Under the pieces are notes generated by a model, which was not told the origin of the DNA, did no database searches, and saw only the letters and a list, made by a program, of their open reading frames with translations. 64,000 nucleotides of DNA from Squalus acanthias. Taxonomy: Eukaryota. The stretch spans positions 138,322,001 through 138,386,000 of the forward strand of contig CM059429.1 of the NCBI GenBank assembly GCA_030390025.1. Reading direction: 5' to 3'. Position numbers and translations under genes: made by a program. Shown one piece after another: positions 1 through 13,611 of the stretch (within the stretch, counting starts at the first letter, position 1; the number at the start of each line of letters is the position of its first letter).

Positions 1-789
1 ACCAATTTCATTCAAATTTTTGAAGAGGTAACAGAGAGAGTAGGTAATGGTAATGCAGTAGATGTATTTTAGATTTTCAAAAGGCCTTCGATAAGGTACC
101 CAATAATAAACTGATGAACAAGGTCAGAGAATGCGGAGTCAGCGGACAAGTAGCAGAATGGATAGCTAGCTGGCTTCAAGACAGAAAGCAGGGAGTAGGG
201 GTTAAAGGCCGCTATTCACAGTGGCAGAAGCTGGGTAGTGGTATTCCACAAGGATCAGTGCTGGGACCACTGTTCTTCACAATTTATATTAACGATTTAG
301 ACTTTGGAATCAAACACCATTTCTAAATTTGCGAATAACACCAAATTGGGGGGGAGGTGATAGTCAATACTGAGGAGGACTGCAACATTACAGGAGGACA
401 TTAATAAACTTGCAGAATGGGCATATAATTGGCAAATTACGTTCAACACAGATAAGTGTGAGGTGTTACATTTTGGTGTGAAGAATAGGGAGGTCACTTA
501 TTACTTGGGGGGTGTGAGTCAAGGAGGGGTAGAGGAACAAAGGGATCTTGAAGTACAAATACACAAATCAATAAAAGTTGCGACGCAGGTTAGCAAGGCC
601 AGAAAAAAAAGCAAACCAAGCACCAGGGTTTATTTCGAGAGGCATAGAATTGAAAAATAGTGAAGTTATGCTAAACCTGTATCGAACCTTGGTTAGACCA
701 CACTTAAGAGTACTGCGTACAGTTCTGGTCACCGTATTATAAAAAGGATATAGAGGCACTGGAGAGGGTGCAGAGAAGATTTACAAGGA
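1..789 (+). mobile_element. CR1 LINE ORF2 (RT) fragment, 5' part, degenerate
   Basis: ORF 114..326 has SGIPQGSVLGPLFFTIYINDLD; decayed FADD (KFANNTKL) at ~325-348; ERVQRRFTR at ~760-789, which continues at 3361. Confidence 0.9.
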
Positions 790-3360
790 TTTTTTTTTTT
801 AATTTGTTTATGGGATGTGGGCATCGCTGGCAAGGCCAGCATTTATTGCCCATCCCTAATTGCCCTTGAGAAGGTGGTGGTGAGCCGCCTTCTTGAACTG
901 CTGCAGTCCGTGTAGTGAAGGTACTCCCACAGTGCTGTTAGGGAGGGGGTTCCAGGATTTTGACCCAGCGACGATGAAGGATCGGTGATATACTTCTAAG
1001 TCAGGATGGTGTGTGACTTGGAGGGGAACTTGGAGGTGGTGGTGTTCCCATGCGCCTGCTGCACTTGTCCTTCTAGGTGGAAGAGGTCGCGGGTTTGGGA
1101 GGTGCTGCAGAAGATGGTACACAGTGCAGCCACGGTACGCCAGTGGTGGAGGGAGTGAATGTTTAAGGTGGTGGATGGGGTGCCGATCAAGCGGGCTGCT
1201 TTGTCCTTGATGGTGTCGAGCTTCTTGAGTGTTGTTGGAGCTGCACTCATCCAGGCAAGTGGAGAGTATTCCATCGCACTCCTTACTTGTACCTTGAAGA
1301 TGGTGGAAAGGCTTTGAGAAGTCAGGAGGTGAGACACTTGCCGCAGAATACCTAGCCTCTGACCTGCTCTTGTTGCCACAGTATTTATGTGGCTGGTTCA
1401 GTTAAGTTTCTGGTCAATGGTGACCCCAGGATGTTGATGGTGGGGGATTCGGCGATGGTAATACCGTTGAATGTCAAGGGGAGGTGGTTAGACTCTCGCT
1501 TGTTGGAGATAGTCATTGCCTGGCACTTCTGTGGCGCGAATGTTACCTGCCACTTATCAGCCCAAGCCTGAACGTCGTCCAGGTCTTGTTGCATGCGGGC
1601 ATGGACTGCTTCATTATCTGAGGAGTTGTGAATGGCGCTGAACACTGTGCAGTCATCAGCGAACATCCCCATTTCTGACCTTATGTTGGAGGGAAGGTCA
1701 TTGATGAAGCAGCTGAAGATGGTTGGGCCTAGGACACTGCCCTGAGAAACTCCTGCAGCGATGTCCTGGGGCTGTGATGATTGACCTTCAACCACCACAA
1801 CCATCTTCCTTTGTGCTAGGCATGACTCCAGCCAGTGGAGCGTTCCCCCCCACCCTCCCCCAATTCCCATTGACTTCAGTTTTACTAGGACTCCTGGGTG
1901 CCACACTCGGTCAAATGCTGCCTTAATGTCAAGGGCAGTCACTCTCACCTCACCTCTGGAATTCGGCTCCTTTGTCCATGTTTGGACCAAGGCTGTAATG
2001 AGGTCGGGAGCTGAGCCGTCTTTGCGAAACCCAAACTGGGCATCCGTGAGCAGGTTATTGGTGAGCAAGTGCCGCTTGATAGCACTGTCGATGGCACCTT
2101 CCATCACTTTGCTGATGATTGAGAGCAGACTGATGGGGCGGTAATTGGCCGGGTTGGATTTGTCATGCTTTTTGTGGACAGGATATACCTGGGCAGTTTT
2201 CCACATTGTCAGATAGATGCCAGTGTTGTAGCTGTACTGGAACAGCTTGGCTAGAGGCGTGGCTAGTTCTGGAGCACAAGTCTTCAGCATGATAGCTGGG
2301 ATGTTGTCGGGGCCCAGTCTTTGCTGTATCCAGTGCGCTCAGCTGTTTCTTGATATCACGTGGAGTGAATCGAATTGGCTGAAGACTGGCTTCTGTGATG
2401 GTGGGGACCTCAGGAGGAGGCCGATATGGATCATCCACTCGGCACTTCTGGCTGAAGATGGTTGCAAACGCTTCAGCTTTTGTCTTTTGCACTCACGTGC
2501 TGGGCTCCATCATCATTGAGGATGGGGATATTCATGGAGCCTCCTCCTCCCATTAGTTGTTTAATGGTCCACCACCATTCACGACTGGATGTGGCAGGAC
2601 TGCAGAGCTTTGATCTGATCCGTTGATTGTGGGATTGCTTAGCGCTGTCTATAGCATGCTGCTTCTGCTTTTTAGCATGCATGTAGTCCTGTGTTGCAGC
2701 TTCCCCAGGTTGGCACCTCATTTTTAGGTACGCCTGGTGCTGCTCCTGGCATGCTCTTCTACACTCCTTATTGAACCAGGGATGGTAATGGTAGAGTGAG
2801 GGATATGCCGGGCCATGAGGTTACAGATTGTGGTGGAATACAATTCTGCTGCTGCTGATGGCCCACAGTACCTCATGAAAGCCAAGCTTTGAGCTGCTAG
2901 ATCTGTTCGGAATCTATCCCATTTAGCACGGTGGTAGTGCCGCACAACACGATGGAGGGTGTCCTCAGTATGAAGACGGGGCTTCATCTCCACAATGACT
3001 GTGCGGTGGCCACTGCTACCAATACTGTCATGGACAGATGCATCTGCGACAGGTAGATTGGTGAGGACGATGTCAAGTAGGTTTTTCCCTCGTTTTGGTT
3101 CTCTCACCACCTGTCGCAGGCCCAGACTGGCAGCTATGTACTTCAGGACTTGGCCAGCTCCGTCAATAGTGGTGCTACCGAGCCACTCTTGGTGATGGAT
3201 ATTGAAGTCCCTCACCCAGAGTACATTCTGTGCCCTTGCTACCCTCAGTGTTTCTTCCAAGTGGTGTTCAACATGGAGGAGTACTGATTCATCAGCTGAG
3301 GGAGGGCGGTAGGTGGTAATCAGCAGGAGGTTTCCTTGCCCATGCTTGACCTGAAGCCAT
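790..3360 (-). mobile_element. 5'-truncated CR1/L2-group LINE (APE endonuclease + RT), nested in the CR1 copy
   Basis: ORF 2724..3521 has APE motifs (YRPPS, DFNIHH, LDIVLTN, SSGHRTV); ORF 1385..2290 has RT motifs (YRPISLLS, QFGFR, LDIKAAFDRV, QGSVLGP, MFADD); poly(A) tail seen as a T run at 790-800. Confidence 0.92.
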
Positions 3361-3853
3361 GATAACAGATGATAACAGAAATGCAAGGGTATGCATATGA
3401 GGAAATGATGAACAGGCTGGTCTCTCTTTACTTGGAAAAACAGAAGGCTGAGGGGTGACCTAATAGAGGTCTTTAAAATTAGAAAGGTTTTGATTAGTGG
3501 ATACAGAGAGAATGTTTCCACTTGTAGGGAAGAGCAAAACTAGAGGCCATCAAATTAAGATAGTCACCAAGAAATCCAATAAGGAATTCAGAAGAAACTT
3601 CTTTACTCAAAGAGTGGTGAGAATGTGGAACTCACTACCACAGGGAGTGGTTGAAGTGAATAGTATAGATGCATTTAAGGGGAGGCTAGACAAGCATATG
3701 AGGGAGAAGGGAATAGAGGGTTATGCTGATAGATTTAGATGAGGAAAGACGGGAGGAGGCTCGAGTGGAGCATAAACGCCAGCATGGACTGGTTGGGCCG
3801 AATGGCATGTTTCTGTGCTGTATATCCTATGTAATCCTATGTATGTAATCCTA
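3361..3853 (+). mobile_element. CR1 LINE 3' end (continuation of 1-789)
   Basis: TRGHQIK..RRNFFTQRVVRMWNSLP C-terminus (ORF 3497..3742), CR1 3' UTR and tandem ATCCTATGT(A) tail repeats. Confidence 0.9.
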
Positions 3854-4559
3854 TATGGCAGGCAGCATGCACGCATACGTTCTGAGCTGGAATTGCGCCT
3901 TCCACCATGTTGGTTAGGTATCAAAAGACACTTCCAGGCCCTGCACCTGAAACATGTTATGCCCTTTGCATATGCCAATAAGGGGCAAAGCACCTATTTG
4001 ATGACCAATTTGCCATGAACAGAGCTGGTGCTGGGCCAACTGTGTTCAGGAAAACCAGGTCTACATGAGGCCTAACTAGCAGTCCTTAAAGGGAGTGCTT
4101 CAGGCTGTCACCAAAAAAATAGTTACCTAAATATGGAGCTGAGAGGTGCAAGTGTGTTCCTCCCAGCTCCACAGGGCTGCTACCAGCCGCCACTTGCACC
4201 CCCCCCCCCCCCATCCCAATCACTGCCTCGTCACCCCTTATGCATTGTATAAATCGAGACTTTTTTTCCCTAAAATTAACAAGCAACAGAAAATATCTTA
4301 CTGGTTTTACAATTTTTTTAATTTAAATTTTTTATTTTAAATGTATATGTTTTTTAATGGAAAGTGGGCGGGGGGTGAAGAGGAGCACAAAACAATTGGA
4401 ATCCCAAGAATCCGTGACTTAGAAAGTCTGTTTTTAGGTGAAAATCTCTAAAAGCTGATCAGAAGTCAGTTTAACATTTGCAAAATTATCAATGAAAATG
4501 ATGAAAAACTGAAAACATCATTAAGGTTACAGAAATTCTTTCTGCACTATGTACTAGTC

Positions 4560-4950
4560 TTTTTTTTCCAATTTTCTCTCTCCTGTCATGAAGACACTGA
4601 CTTTTGCTGAAGTACAGTCCATGGGGACTGGCAATCCTTTGTACCTCACCCAATGTCTCATTATTCATCTCTAAACCTATACAGTGAATGCCAGCAGGCT
4701 ATTCCACCATGGCGAACATTATGATTCAGCATGACCCTGTTCTCACTAGAGAGCAACAGACTCATATGCATACCCTCCATTAGGGATCATGGGATTATAA
4801 TCAAGAGCAGGAACTCGAGCTGGATTTTCCCTTTCCAACCCAGAGGCACAGAGGCCAATTCCGATGCCCCAATTGCTGCAGTTAAATTAGCACAGACTAG
4901 GGCTGAAATTTGGGATCTTTTGGTTTATATGGCCGACTATCACAAGCCAT
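4560..4950 (-). repeat. Old, diverged SINE-like repeat; related copies at ~10480-10800 (-), ~23490-23780 (+), ~42160-42520 (-), ~51070-51400 (+)
   Basis: Shared diverged blocks seen by eye among the copies (e.g. gtacctcacccaa, gaacctgggacctt, gatcagctaattcag); boundaries approximate. Confidence 0.45.
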
Positions 4951-4997
4951 GGAGGGGGAGGGGTGGTAGCGGTTATTATGTACTAGTCTTCCTTGCT

Positions 4998-5415
4998 CAT
5001 AGAAACATAGAATCTAGGAGCAGGAGTAGGCCATTCGGCCCGTCGAGCCTGCTCCACCATTCAATACGATCATGGCTGATCATCCAAATCCAATACCCTG
5101 TCCCTGCTTTAATCCCCACAGTACACATATCCCACCCTACCCCCATAACCCCACGTATTTAATTCCCCCTAACATATCCCATCCTATCCCCATAACCCCA
5201 CATATTTAATCCCCCCCTAACACTAAGGGTCAATTTATCATAGCCAAATCAACCTAACCCGCACATTTTTGGACTGGGGGAGGAAACCGGAGCACCCGGA
5301 AGAAACCCACGCAGACACGGAGAGAATGTGCAAACTCCACACAGACAGTCACCCGAGGTCAGATTCGAACCCGGGTCCCTGGCGCTGTGAGGCACCAGTG
5401 CTAACCACTATGCCA
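4998..5415 (-). mobile_element. HE1 / V-SINE-type tRNA-derived SINE with CR1-derived tail
   Basis: V-domain-like ggaaaccggagcacccggaagaaacccacgcagacac; B box read on - strand from ttcgaaccc (~5364-5372); CR1-type tail catagaaacataga...ggccattcggccc at 4998-5065. Confidence 0.8.
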
Positions 5416-6714
5416 TATATATAACTCTTCTGTGATTAAACGGTAATAATCATAGACTCATACAGCGCAGAGGGAGGCTATTCAGCCCATCGTGCCTGTG
5501 CCGGCTCTTTGAAAGAGCTGTCCCAATTAGTCCCACTCCCCTGCTCTTTCCCCATAGCCTGTAATAATAAAGCTTCTCTCCCAAAGATATGAAAGTAAAT
5601 TTTCCTCATTGCTGTGCCAGGGGTGGCAATGAAGAGGAAATCGGCTAGAAACCCATTATATCTGGTCTTTGCTCCCACAACATCAGCCCGGGATTTCCTG
5701 GGGTCCTCTCAGTGGGCGCAAGCCCAGCATTAACATGCAGATGAGACAGGAGGGGGTATTTGGGCCATCCTGTGTCACTTTACTGCGCGTCTGCCTCTAG
5801 GATGCTCAAACGGAGAGACACCCCAAAAAGCTGGATGTAAGTAAGGCTTGCCTAGGGCTCCCTGTCAAGAGCGCCCCAGAGATCCATGGTGACCATAGGC
5901 AGGTGGATCAGGTACCTCCTCCAGTGGGATCTTTGGACTGTGGGGCCTTCTGACTGGGGCTCTGTAGCAGGAGCGCAGCTGCAGTTCTCTGGAAATGCTG
6001 GAAACTCTCAGCCGCTCAGGCAGCATCTGTGGAGAGAGCAGCCCAGTTAATCTTTCGGGTGTGGACCCTTTATCACAACTGGAAGATATAACAGATGAAG
6101 AGCATTTGAAAAGGAACAAAGGGAAGGTGGGGGGATGAAAAACATGAGCATACAAACACAGGAAAAGAAATAGATTGACTTGTCAAGTGCTTAAGTGGAG
6201 AACTGAGACAAAGAAATAAGAGACAGACACGAGATACAGCGAGTGTATGAATAGCTAAAGGAGTGGGGGGTTAGGCTGGTGGAAAGGGCAGCATAAAAAG
6301 CTGGCAAAGTGAGCAGGCTGCAGTGGCCTTGCAGCATCATCGAACAGTGGAAATGAAATTGGGCAGGAGCTCTAATGGGCGGACGATCCACTCCACCGAT
6401 TTATCACCCAAGCGGTGAAGGTGAAAACTACCCCCTTGGTGTTGACCTGCTTTCTTTCTTCTCTCAGTGCTCCTGGGTCACTGCTGCCTGTTTTTTTTTA
6501 ATGCTTCCCTTTCCACCAGCCTAACCCCACCCCTTCAGCTATTCACACACTCTCTGTATATGCCTTGTATTTCTTTGATTTATTTCACGTATATTACTTC
6601 TACAATTTTATCATCTCCTGTTCTCAACTTAAGCACTTTACAGGTAATTCTGTGTCTTTTCCTGTTTGTGTGGTCATTGTGGTTTTATCCCCTTTCCCTT
6701 ATTTTGTTCCTTTT

Positions 6715-8730
6715 TACTGTTGTAATGTAGGAAACACAGCAGCCAATTTGCACACAACAAGCTCCCACAAACAGCAATAAGATACTGACCAGATAATCTA
6801 TTTTAGATAACAGAAAGTGCTGGAAATACTCAGCAGGGAAGCCGCGTGGGTTGTAGCTATGCCTGCCTTTTCGTGGAATATGTGGAACATTCTTTGTTCT
6901 AGTTCTACTCGGGTCCCCTTCCTCACTTCTTTTTCCGGTACATTGATGACTGTATCAGTGCTGTTTCCTGCTCTTGCCCCGAACTGGAAAATTTCATCAA
7001 CTTTGCTTCCAATTTCCACCCTTCTCTCACTTTCACATGGTCCATCTCTGTCTCTTCCCTTCCCTTCCTCGACTTTTATCTCCATTTCCGGGGATAGGCT
7101 GTCGACCAATATCTACTATAAGCCCACAGCTACCTGGACTACACTTCCTCCCACCCCATTTCCTGTAAGGACTCTATTTCATTCTCCCAGTTTCTCCATC
7201 TCCATCGCATCTGTTCTGACGATGCCACCTTCCATACCAGTGCTTCCGATATGTCCTCCTTTTTCCTCAACCAAGGATTCCCCTTCACCGTGGTTGACAT
7301 GGCCCTCGACCATGTCCATCCCATTTCCTGCGCTTCTGCTCTCACCTCTTCCTCTCCCTCCCACAACCACAATAGGGTTCCCCTTATTCTCACCTTCCAC
7401 CCCACTAGCCTCCACATTTAACGGATCACCCTCCGCTATTTCCACCATCTCCAGCGTGATGCCACCACTAAACACATCTTCCCCTCCCCTTTCAGCATTC
7501 TGAAGGGACCGTTCCCTCCGCGACACCCTGGTCCATTCCTCTATCACCCCCAACACTCCCTCCCCTTCCCATGCAAGTGCAGGAGATGCAACACCTGACC
7601 TTTTACCTCCTCCCTTCCCACCGTCCAGGGCCCCAAACACCCCTCCAGGTGAAACAGCGATTTACTTGTTGTACTTGCAATTTACTATACTGTATTCGCT
7701 GCTCACGATGCGGTCTCTTCTACATTGGGGAGACCAAATGTAGATTGATGATTGCTTTGCGAAACCCTTCTGTTCTATTCGTAAGTGTGACCCCGAGCTT
7801 CTGGTCGCCTTTCATTTTAATTCTCCGCCCTGCTCCCACTCTGACCTCTCTGTCCTTGGCCTCCTACACTGTTCTAATGAAGCTCGAGGAACAGCACCTC
7901 ATCTTTCGATTAGGCACTTTACAGCCTTCCGGACTCAACATTGAGTTCAACAATTTCAGATCATAACCACTGCTCCCGTTTTTTCAGACAGCAGCTGTTG
8001 CCATTTTCAGCTCCTCCAGACCAATCTTTTGTTTCTTTACTTGTCCCATTACCATTCCCTTGCACCATCATCCCTTTTGTCATTTAATCTCTCCTGCCTT
8101 CCACCCTATCACAGATCTTCCCTTTTGTTCTTTCCCCTCCTCCCCCTTTCCCTGCCTCTGTACTTGCTTAAAACCTGTTACATCTCTAACTTTTTCCAGT
8201 TCTAATGAAAGGTCATCGACCTGAAATGTTAACTCTGTTTCTCTCTCCGCAGATGGTGCCTGATCTGCTGAGTATTTCTAGCATGTCCTGTTTTTATTTG
8301 AGACTTCCATCTTCTGCAGTATTTTGCTTTTGTATCTATTTTAGATGTTGGTTGAGGGATAAATGTTGGCCAGGGCGCCAGGAGAACTCTCCTGTTCTCC
8401 TGTGAATAGTGCCATGGGATCTTTTACATCCACCTGATAGAGCAGATGGGGCCTCGGTTTAATGTCTCATCTGGGGAGAGAGCGGGAATATGGTATTGAG
8501 ATAGAGGATCGGCCATGATCATATTGAATGGCGGAGCAGGCTTGAAGGGCCGAATGGCCTACTCCTGCTCCTATTTTTCTATGTTTCTATCTGAAAGATG
8601 GCACCTCTGACAGTGCAGCACTCCCTCAGCACTGCGCTGGAGTGTCAGCCTAGATTTTTGTGCTAAAGATTCTGGAGTGCGACTTGAACCCACAATCTTC
8701 TGACTCAGAGACGAGAATGCAACCACTGAG
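6715..8730 (-). mobile_element. SacSINE1/DeuSINE-type SINE split by two insertions (Penelope 6809-8333; CR1 tail ~8474-8588)
   Basis: Segments 6715-6808, 8347-8473 and 8594-8730 join into the reverse complement of the intact copy at 11046-11515. Confidence 0.85.
6809..8333 (+). mobile_element. 5'-truncated Penelope-like retroelement (RT + GIY-YIG endonuclease relics)
   Basis: RT motif FRYIDDC (YIDD at 6939-6950); GIY-YIG-type LYCIRCSRCGLFYIGETK (ORF 7571..7966); inverted terminal fragment at 6809-6837; 13-bp TSD atctattttagat at 6796-6808 and 8334-8346; decayed hammerhead motif at ~8198-8234. Confidence 0.9.
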
Positions 8731-9535
8731 TTAAATGTTGTTTATCTGTAATATCTTCCAGCTCTGACAAAGGATCCATACCTGAAATATTGACTTGTCT
8801 GCTCTCTCCACAGCTACTGCCTGACCTGCTGAGAGTTTCCAGCATTTTCTGTTCTAAATTAAAATGAGACTTTTTTAGAACCTGAATTGCACATTTAATT
8901 AAAAATATTTTTTTCATATCTTACAAATTATTTATAAACTCTATTAATATTAAATTTGCAATTTCCATACACTTCATCATTCTACCTAAGATCAGTTTAC
9001 TTGGCACTTACATAACAGATCTAATTTCCCCCAGTTATGTTGAACAGGACAATGGATACAATGCTTTGATTAGTCCCTCCCCCCCTCCAGGACAAACTCT
9101 TGCTTTGGCCTTGACAAATTGTTAGTGTTTCCAGTACATTCTGTTTGTTGATTTTTGGTACTGGTCCCCAAAGACCCTACAGAAAGGCACTTAAGCTGAA
9201 CAGTAATGGAGTCTGAGCAATGGTGTGCAAACAGCAGGAAATGGTGGCAAGTTATTCTTTCAACTTTTACAATCCCTTGTGTATATGGATTAACTTAATA
9301 TCACCTTCCCAAAGGGATATTGTGGCACATTGCTCTTCACTTCTATTGTATAATCATTTCTTTCAATGAGTAGAGTTGAAAATTGTTATGAAAGACTGTT
9401 TAGTATTCATTTCTAATAAATTATAATCATTTTTGCACATAGAAACTGCACAGGACTCAGTGACACAGTAGTTTAGTCCACTGTCCTTCCACCCTTGGGA
9501 TTGGATTTTACCTCAGCCCAGACTGGTGACACCAT

Positions 9536-10352
9536 GGGGGAAAAATTGGGTATCGCCCATTTTGGGGCGCTAATATCGGCTGGGCGCAAAGTTTAGTACC
9601 CGGCGCTAATTATCGCCTCCGACTGCAAAATTCGCCTCTATCGCCCCCTGAAGGTGGTTTGAGCGCTAAATAAAGCGCTACACCCCTCTTAAGGCGCAAA
9701 CGTCGGGGAGCCTCAGAACGCTACCGAAGCTCAGGCGATGACAGTTACCATGGAAGCCAGACAGACTGCCGCCGTCCAGTTCTTAAAGGGGAGAGGCCAT
9801 CTTGCTGGCCAGCCACACCCTGCTCATTGCAGCCTTGAATCTTGGCCTGGAAAGACCTCTAAAGCAATTGTGTTGGAAGCACTAATGGACAGGCCCAGGG
9901 AAAGAGCTCGGCACTTTGGAACCTCAAAAGTGGTGCTGAGGGCCAAAACTCCTTAGGACAGCGTTAAATCTCTCCAGACGTGTGTCTCCCTCTCAACCTG
10001 CGTGTACCAATAATTTTGCCGACAAGAAAAGGCAGGAAGCGCCCGCCTTTAAATAGCGCTCCCCCAGCCCCTTCCCGACATGAAAACGTTCCCCTCTCCC
10101 TGTCGTTCCTAGCGACAGGCGCTAAGGCAGGGGGCGCGACTCATTATCCAGTCTGGGGCGCTACTGGGGCATTGCACACTCGACTGATGTCACAATCTGC
10201 GGGCGCAGGAGATCGTGGCAGTAGTGTTTAGAGCTGCCGCAAAACAACTGGTCAATTTTGTGAGCGCCGCTAAAATCGCCGCGCTTGGGCACTAAGTTCC
10301 TAGCGCCCCATTAACGCACCCTGAAGGCGCTAACCAACCGAATTTTTCCCCC
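9536..10352. mobile_element. PIF/Harbinger-type non-autonomous element (MITE), family A
   Basis: Terminal inverted repeats (TIRs) gggggaaaaattgggt / accgaatttttccccc; probable 3-bp TSD cat; inverted homolog at 53268-54125. Confidence 0.75.
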
Positions 10353-11045
10353 ATAACTCATAGAAGTTACAATAATAGCTCTAGGAAATGCAGTGTTCCA
10401 ATTTATATGGAAATTCCTGCATTTATGGGATTCTCAACACAAGTACATATGTGGAATTCCCCAAAACTACTGTTTTTTTCTTTTAAAATTACTTGTTCTC
10501 GCTGTGGGCATTGACTCTTGTGCTACAGTTTCAAAGACGGCCTCTAGTAACTCGCCCAGTACCCATGATTCATGTGTGAGCTTTGACAGTGAACGTTGAT
10601 AAGCTGTTTGACCTTCGAGGCATCAGTCAAGACAACACTCTAATTGGTTTCCCACCTCCCTACCCCAGGAGCACTAGGGTCAATTATAAGATGACTACTG
10701 CAACTCCTACTGACCTAACTTGGCACTGACTGAGGATTGAACCTGGGACCTTCCTGTTCTGTGGCACAGCTACTCATCGGATGAACTCATTGAACCATTA
10801 AGGATGAACTTTACAACATGTATTCTTCAATCTTCTGATAGCCAGAGAAATGATCTTGACTCTCCCTGCATATGTAGGTTTGAGAGGGGGGTGGAGGGCT
10901 GGGTGGGTGGGTGGTGGAGGGTGCGGTCATTGGCGGAGCTTAGAATGAAGGGAGTGGAGGGTAGTACCTGAGCTAGGATGCATCTCCACCCAAGGCTATT
11001 TGGACTTTTTGTTGCTCTGGCATTCTATTCGGAGCCGCTGACTAG

Positions 11046-11515
11046 TGTCAGCTGTGGCTCAGTTGGTAGCACACTCACCTCTGAGTCAGAAGGTTGTGGG
11101 TTCAAGTCCCACTCCAGAGACTTGAACACAAAAATCTAGGCTGACACTCCAGTGCAGTGCTGAGGGAGTGCTGCACTGTTGGAGGTGCCGTCTTTTGGAT
11201 GAGACGTCAAGCCGAGGCCCTGTCTGCGCTCTCAGGTGGATGTAAAAGATCCCATGGCACTATTTCGAAGAAGAGCAGGGGAGTTATCCGTGGTGTCCTG
11301 ACCAATATTTATCCCTCAATCAACATAACAAAAACAGATTACCTGGTCGTTATCACATTGCTGTATGTGGGAGCTTGCTGAGCACAAATTGGCTGCCGCG
11401 TTTCCTACATTACAGCAGTGACTACACTTCAAAAAGTACTTCATTAGCTGTAAAACGCTTTGAGACGTCCGGTGATTGTGAAAGGCGCTATATAAATGCA
11501 AGTCTTTTTCTTTTC
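11046..11515 (+). mobile_element. Full-length SacSINE1/DeuSINE-type SINE
   Basis: Pol III A box TGGCTCAGTTGG 11055-11066 and B box GGTTCAAGTCC 11099-11109; Deu-like core (tcaggtggatgtaaaagatcccatggcactatttcgaagaagagcaggggag); L2-type tail aaaggcgctatataaatgcaagt. Confidence 0.85.
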
Positions 11516-13611
11516 TTGTCTAATACTGGCACATCCATATGTTGCTACATAACATGTGAGTGAGAGACAAACCGGGAAGCTGCGGCCTCGGTGAGAGTGG
11601 GGGCTAGGTCCATGGCCTGGCCTGGGAAGGCTGGGAGTTTGGAGGAAGCATAAAGGTCAGCGAGGAGACCACGGGCTGGGAGCAGGAGGGAGCTGGAGTT
11701 CAAGGTTTGGGGCCTGAGAGAGAGCGCAGGGAAACTGGAACTAGGATCTGGGACGGAGCCTGTAATAGCAATTTTACTTTGTGAAATAAATATTGAAGAA
11801 AGCTGTTTAGAGTAACATCAGCTGGAAACCAGCACTGATAATTCCCCTTGAACAAATGGAAGCAGTTCATTTGCAAACCTATTTTGGTAAACGGAGTGAC
11901 TGCTGCCAACAACCGGAAGCTGCGCAGAAGCGTACTGCGCATTAATCTGGAACTGGAAAAGATGTTTCTGGTTTTTTTTTTATCCCCAGAGCCCGCTCCC
12001 TCCCTGGCATTTTTTCCCCAGAGCCCCTGAGTCGTGAAGCAAACAACCAAAAAAACTCTTAAACTGCGCATGCGCAACTACTTCAACTTCGTTGGCAGCA
12101 ATCGTGACTTTTTACAATGTATAAAAAACGAGTGATTTTCTTTGTATTACTTTTATGAGATCATTCTTTTCTTTCCGGGGTTAGCCATGGTTTGCAAGTA
12201 AGCCAGGGAGTGTAGTGTGAGGCTGGTGTGGAGTGTGAAAGGGCAGGGAGATGAGCACGGGTAGGCAAGGGACCAGGCAGGAATAAGCTGGAAAGGAGAG
12301 CACTTTGGGCTTGGGGACTGAAGCAGTTCTGGGGTGTGAAACAGGCACAAGCTGGCCAGAGAATGGGGTACAGGTGGTCAGGTGTGGAGTGGAACACTGT
12401 TGGGGCGGGAGCTGAGACTGGGTGCATACTTCTCTCATCTGAATGGTCCCTGGCAACCATCAGATTGATAATGCATCAATGTTCATCTGGTTCCCAAAGA
12501 CCAATCAGAATGCTAGAAATGGAATAAGATAAATCTGCAGCTTACTAATGGCATTGCTGATTGATGTAATTTGAGGAAAAAAATGGAACTGTGCTGCTGA
12601 TACACTCTTGACTCTTTGCTAATCTCAGGGTAGATTTCCTCCTAGTCTCATTTAATGACCGGAATTATGTGGGTCTACTTATAATTCCAGTTTCAGAGTT
12701 CTGCAGGGCGAGGCCTTTCAGATTGCCATGTGGCTACTTGTTAGTTAGACTTTCAGTTACAACTTGAACTCTTAAAGATATACAATTAATTTAACTTCAT
12801 TAACATTTCCAGTTTCAGCTTTTAAATACTAATAGTTACTTCAGTTTCCTCAATCTTGTTTCCTGTGGATTCTTGTGTCCGCCTGTTGTGTTTTTTTAGA
12901 ATTAGGTTAGCAAGCACAAATCAAATGGATGAGAGAAAGGGATGCATCTGATTTGAGATTTACAGACCAATATCAGATGGCAGATTAATCAATGAGACAA
13001 AGGAGATAGAGAAGTAATAACCCATGGACCGTTAAGAAAGTGCAGAGGAATCATGCACTAAACCATTTCTCAGGTAGAGGGATAGGTAGATGCTTATCTG
13101 ACCTGAGCTACAAGATTACCACATTGACGTGCAAGAACTCTTGACAGTTCACCACTGGGAAATCAAAACACATTTCTACACTTAATTCTGGTACTTTATT
13201 ACAGATCAGTTCTGCAGTTGCAATCCTGGCAGGTTAATCCTGATGTGTCCTGTTCAGACTGCCTGCCCCAAGTTAATAAAAGTTTAATAAAAGGGCAGTG
13301 TTGTGAGGGTAAAAGAATGAATTCATTTCAATGCTGCTTTGAATGCTGCATCAGGATTTATCACTTCTGTTTCAAAGCTGAGGAACATTAATTGTCATAT
13401 TGATTTTCCTGTTTGACTGCCATGGATCCCTAGAAAAGTTCAAAGCAGTTCACATGATTGACAAACATCGACTAAATAAAAACCCAGATGGTCTCATTTT
13501 TACCTCTCTCCCAGATATTTATTTTCTAGGATGGTGCCTGCACTTGGTGCAGCCCCACATTACTGACAACCTGAATTCATAATAAAATAAACACTCCTAG
13601 CATGCCTTAAA

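Noticed and set aside
6817-7640. 228-aa Ser/Pro-rich ORF and antisense ORFs
   Set aside because: Shifted-frame and antisense readings of the decayed Penelope RT region.
11046-11120. tRNA gene
   Set aside because: The A and B boxes belong to a SINE head that continues into a Deu-like core and L2 tail.
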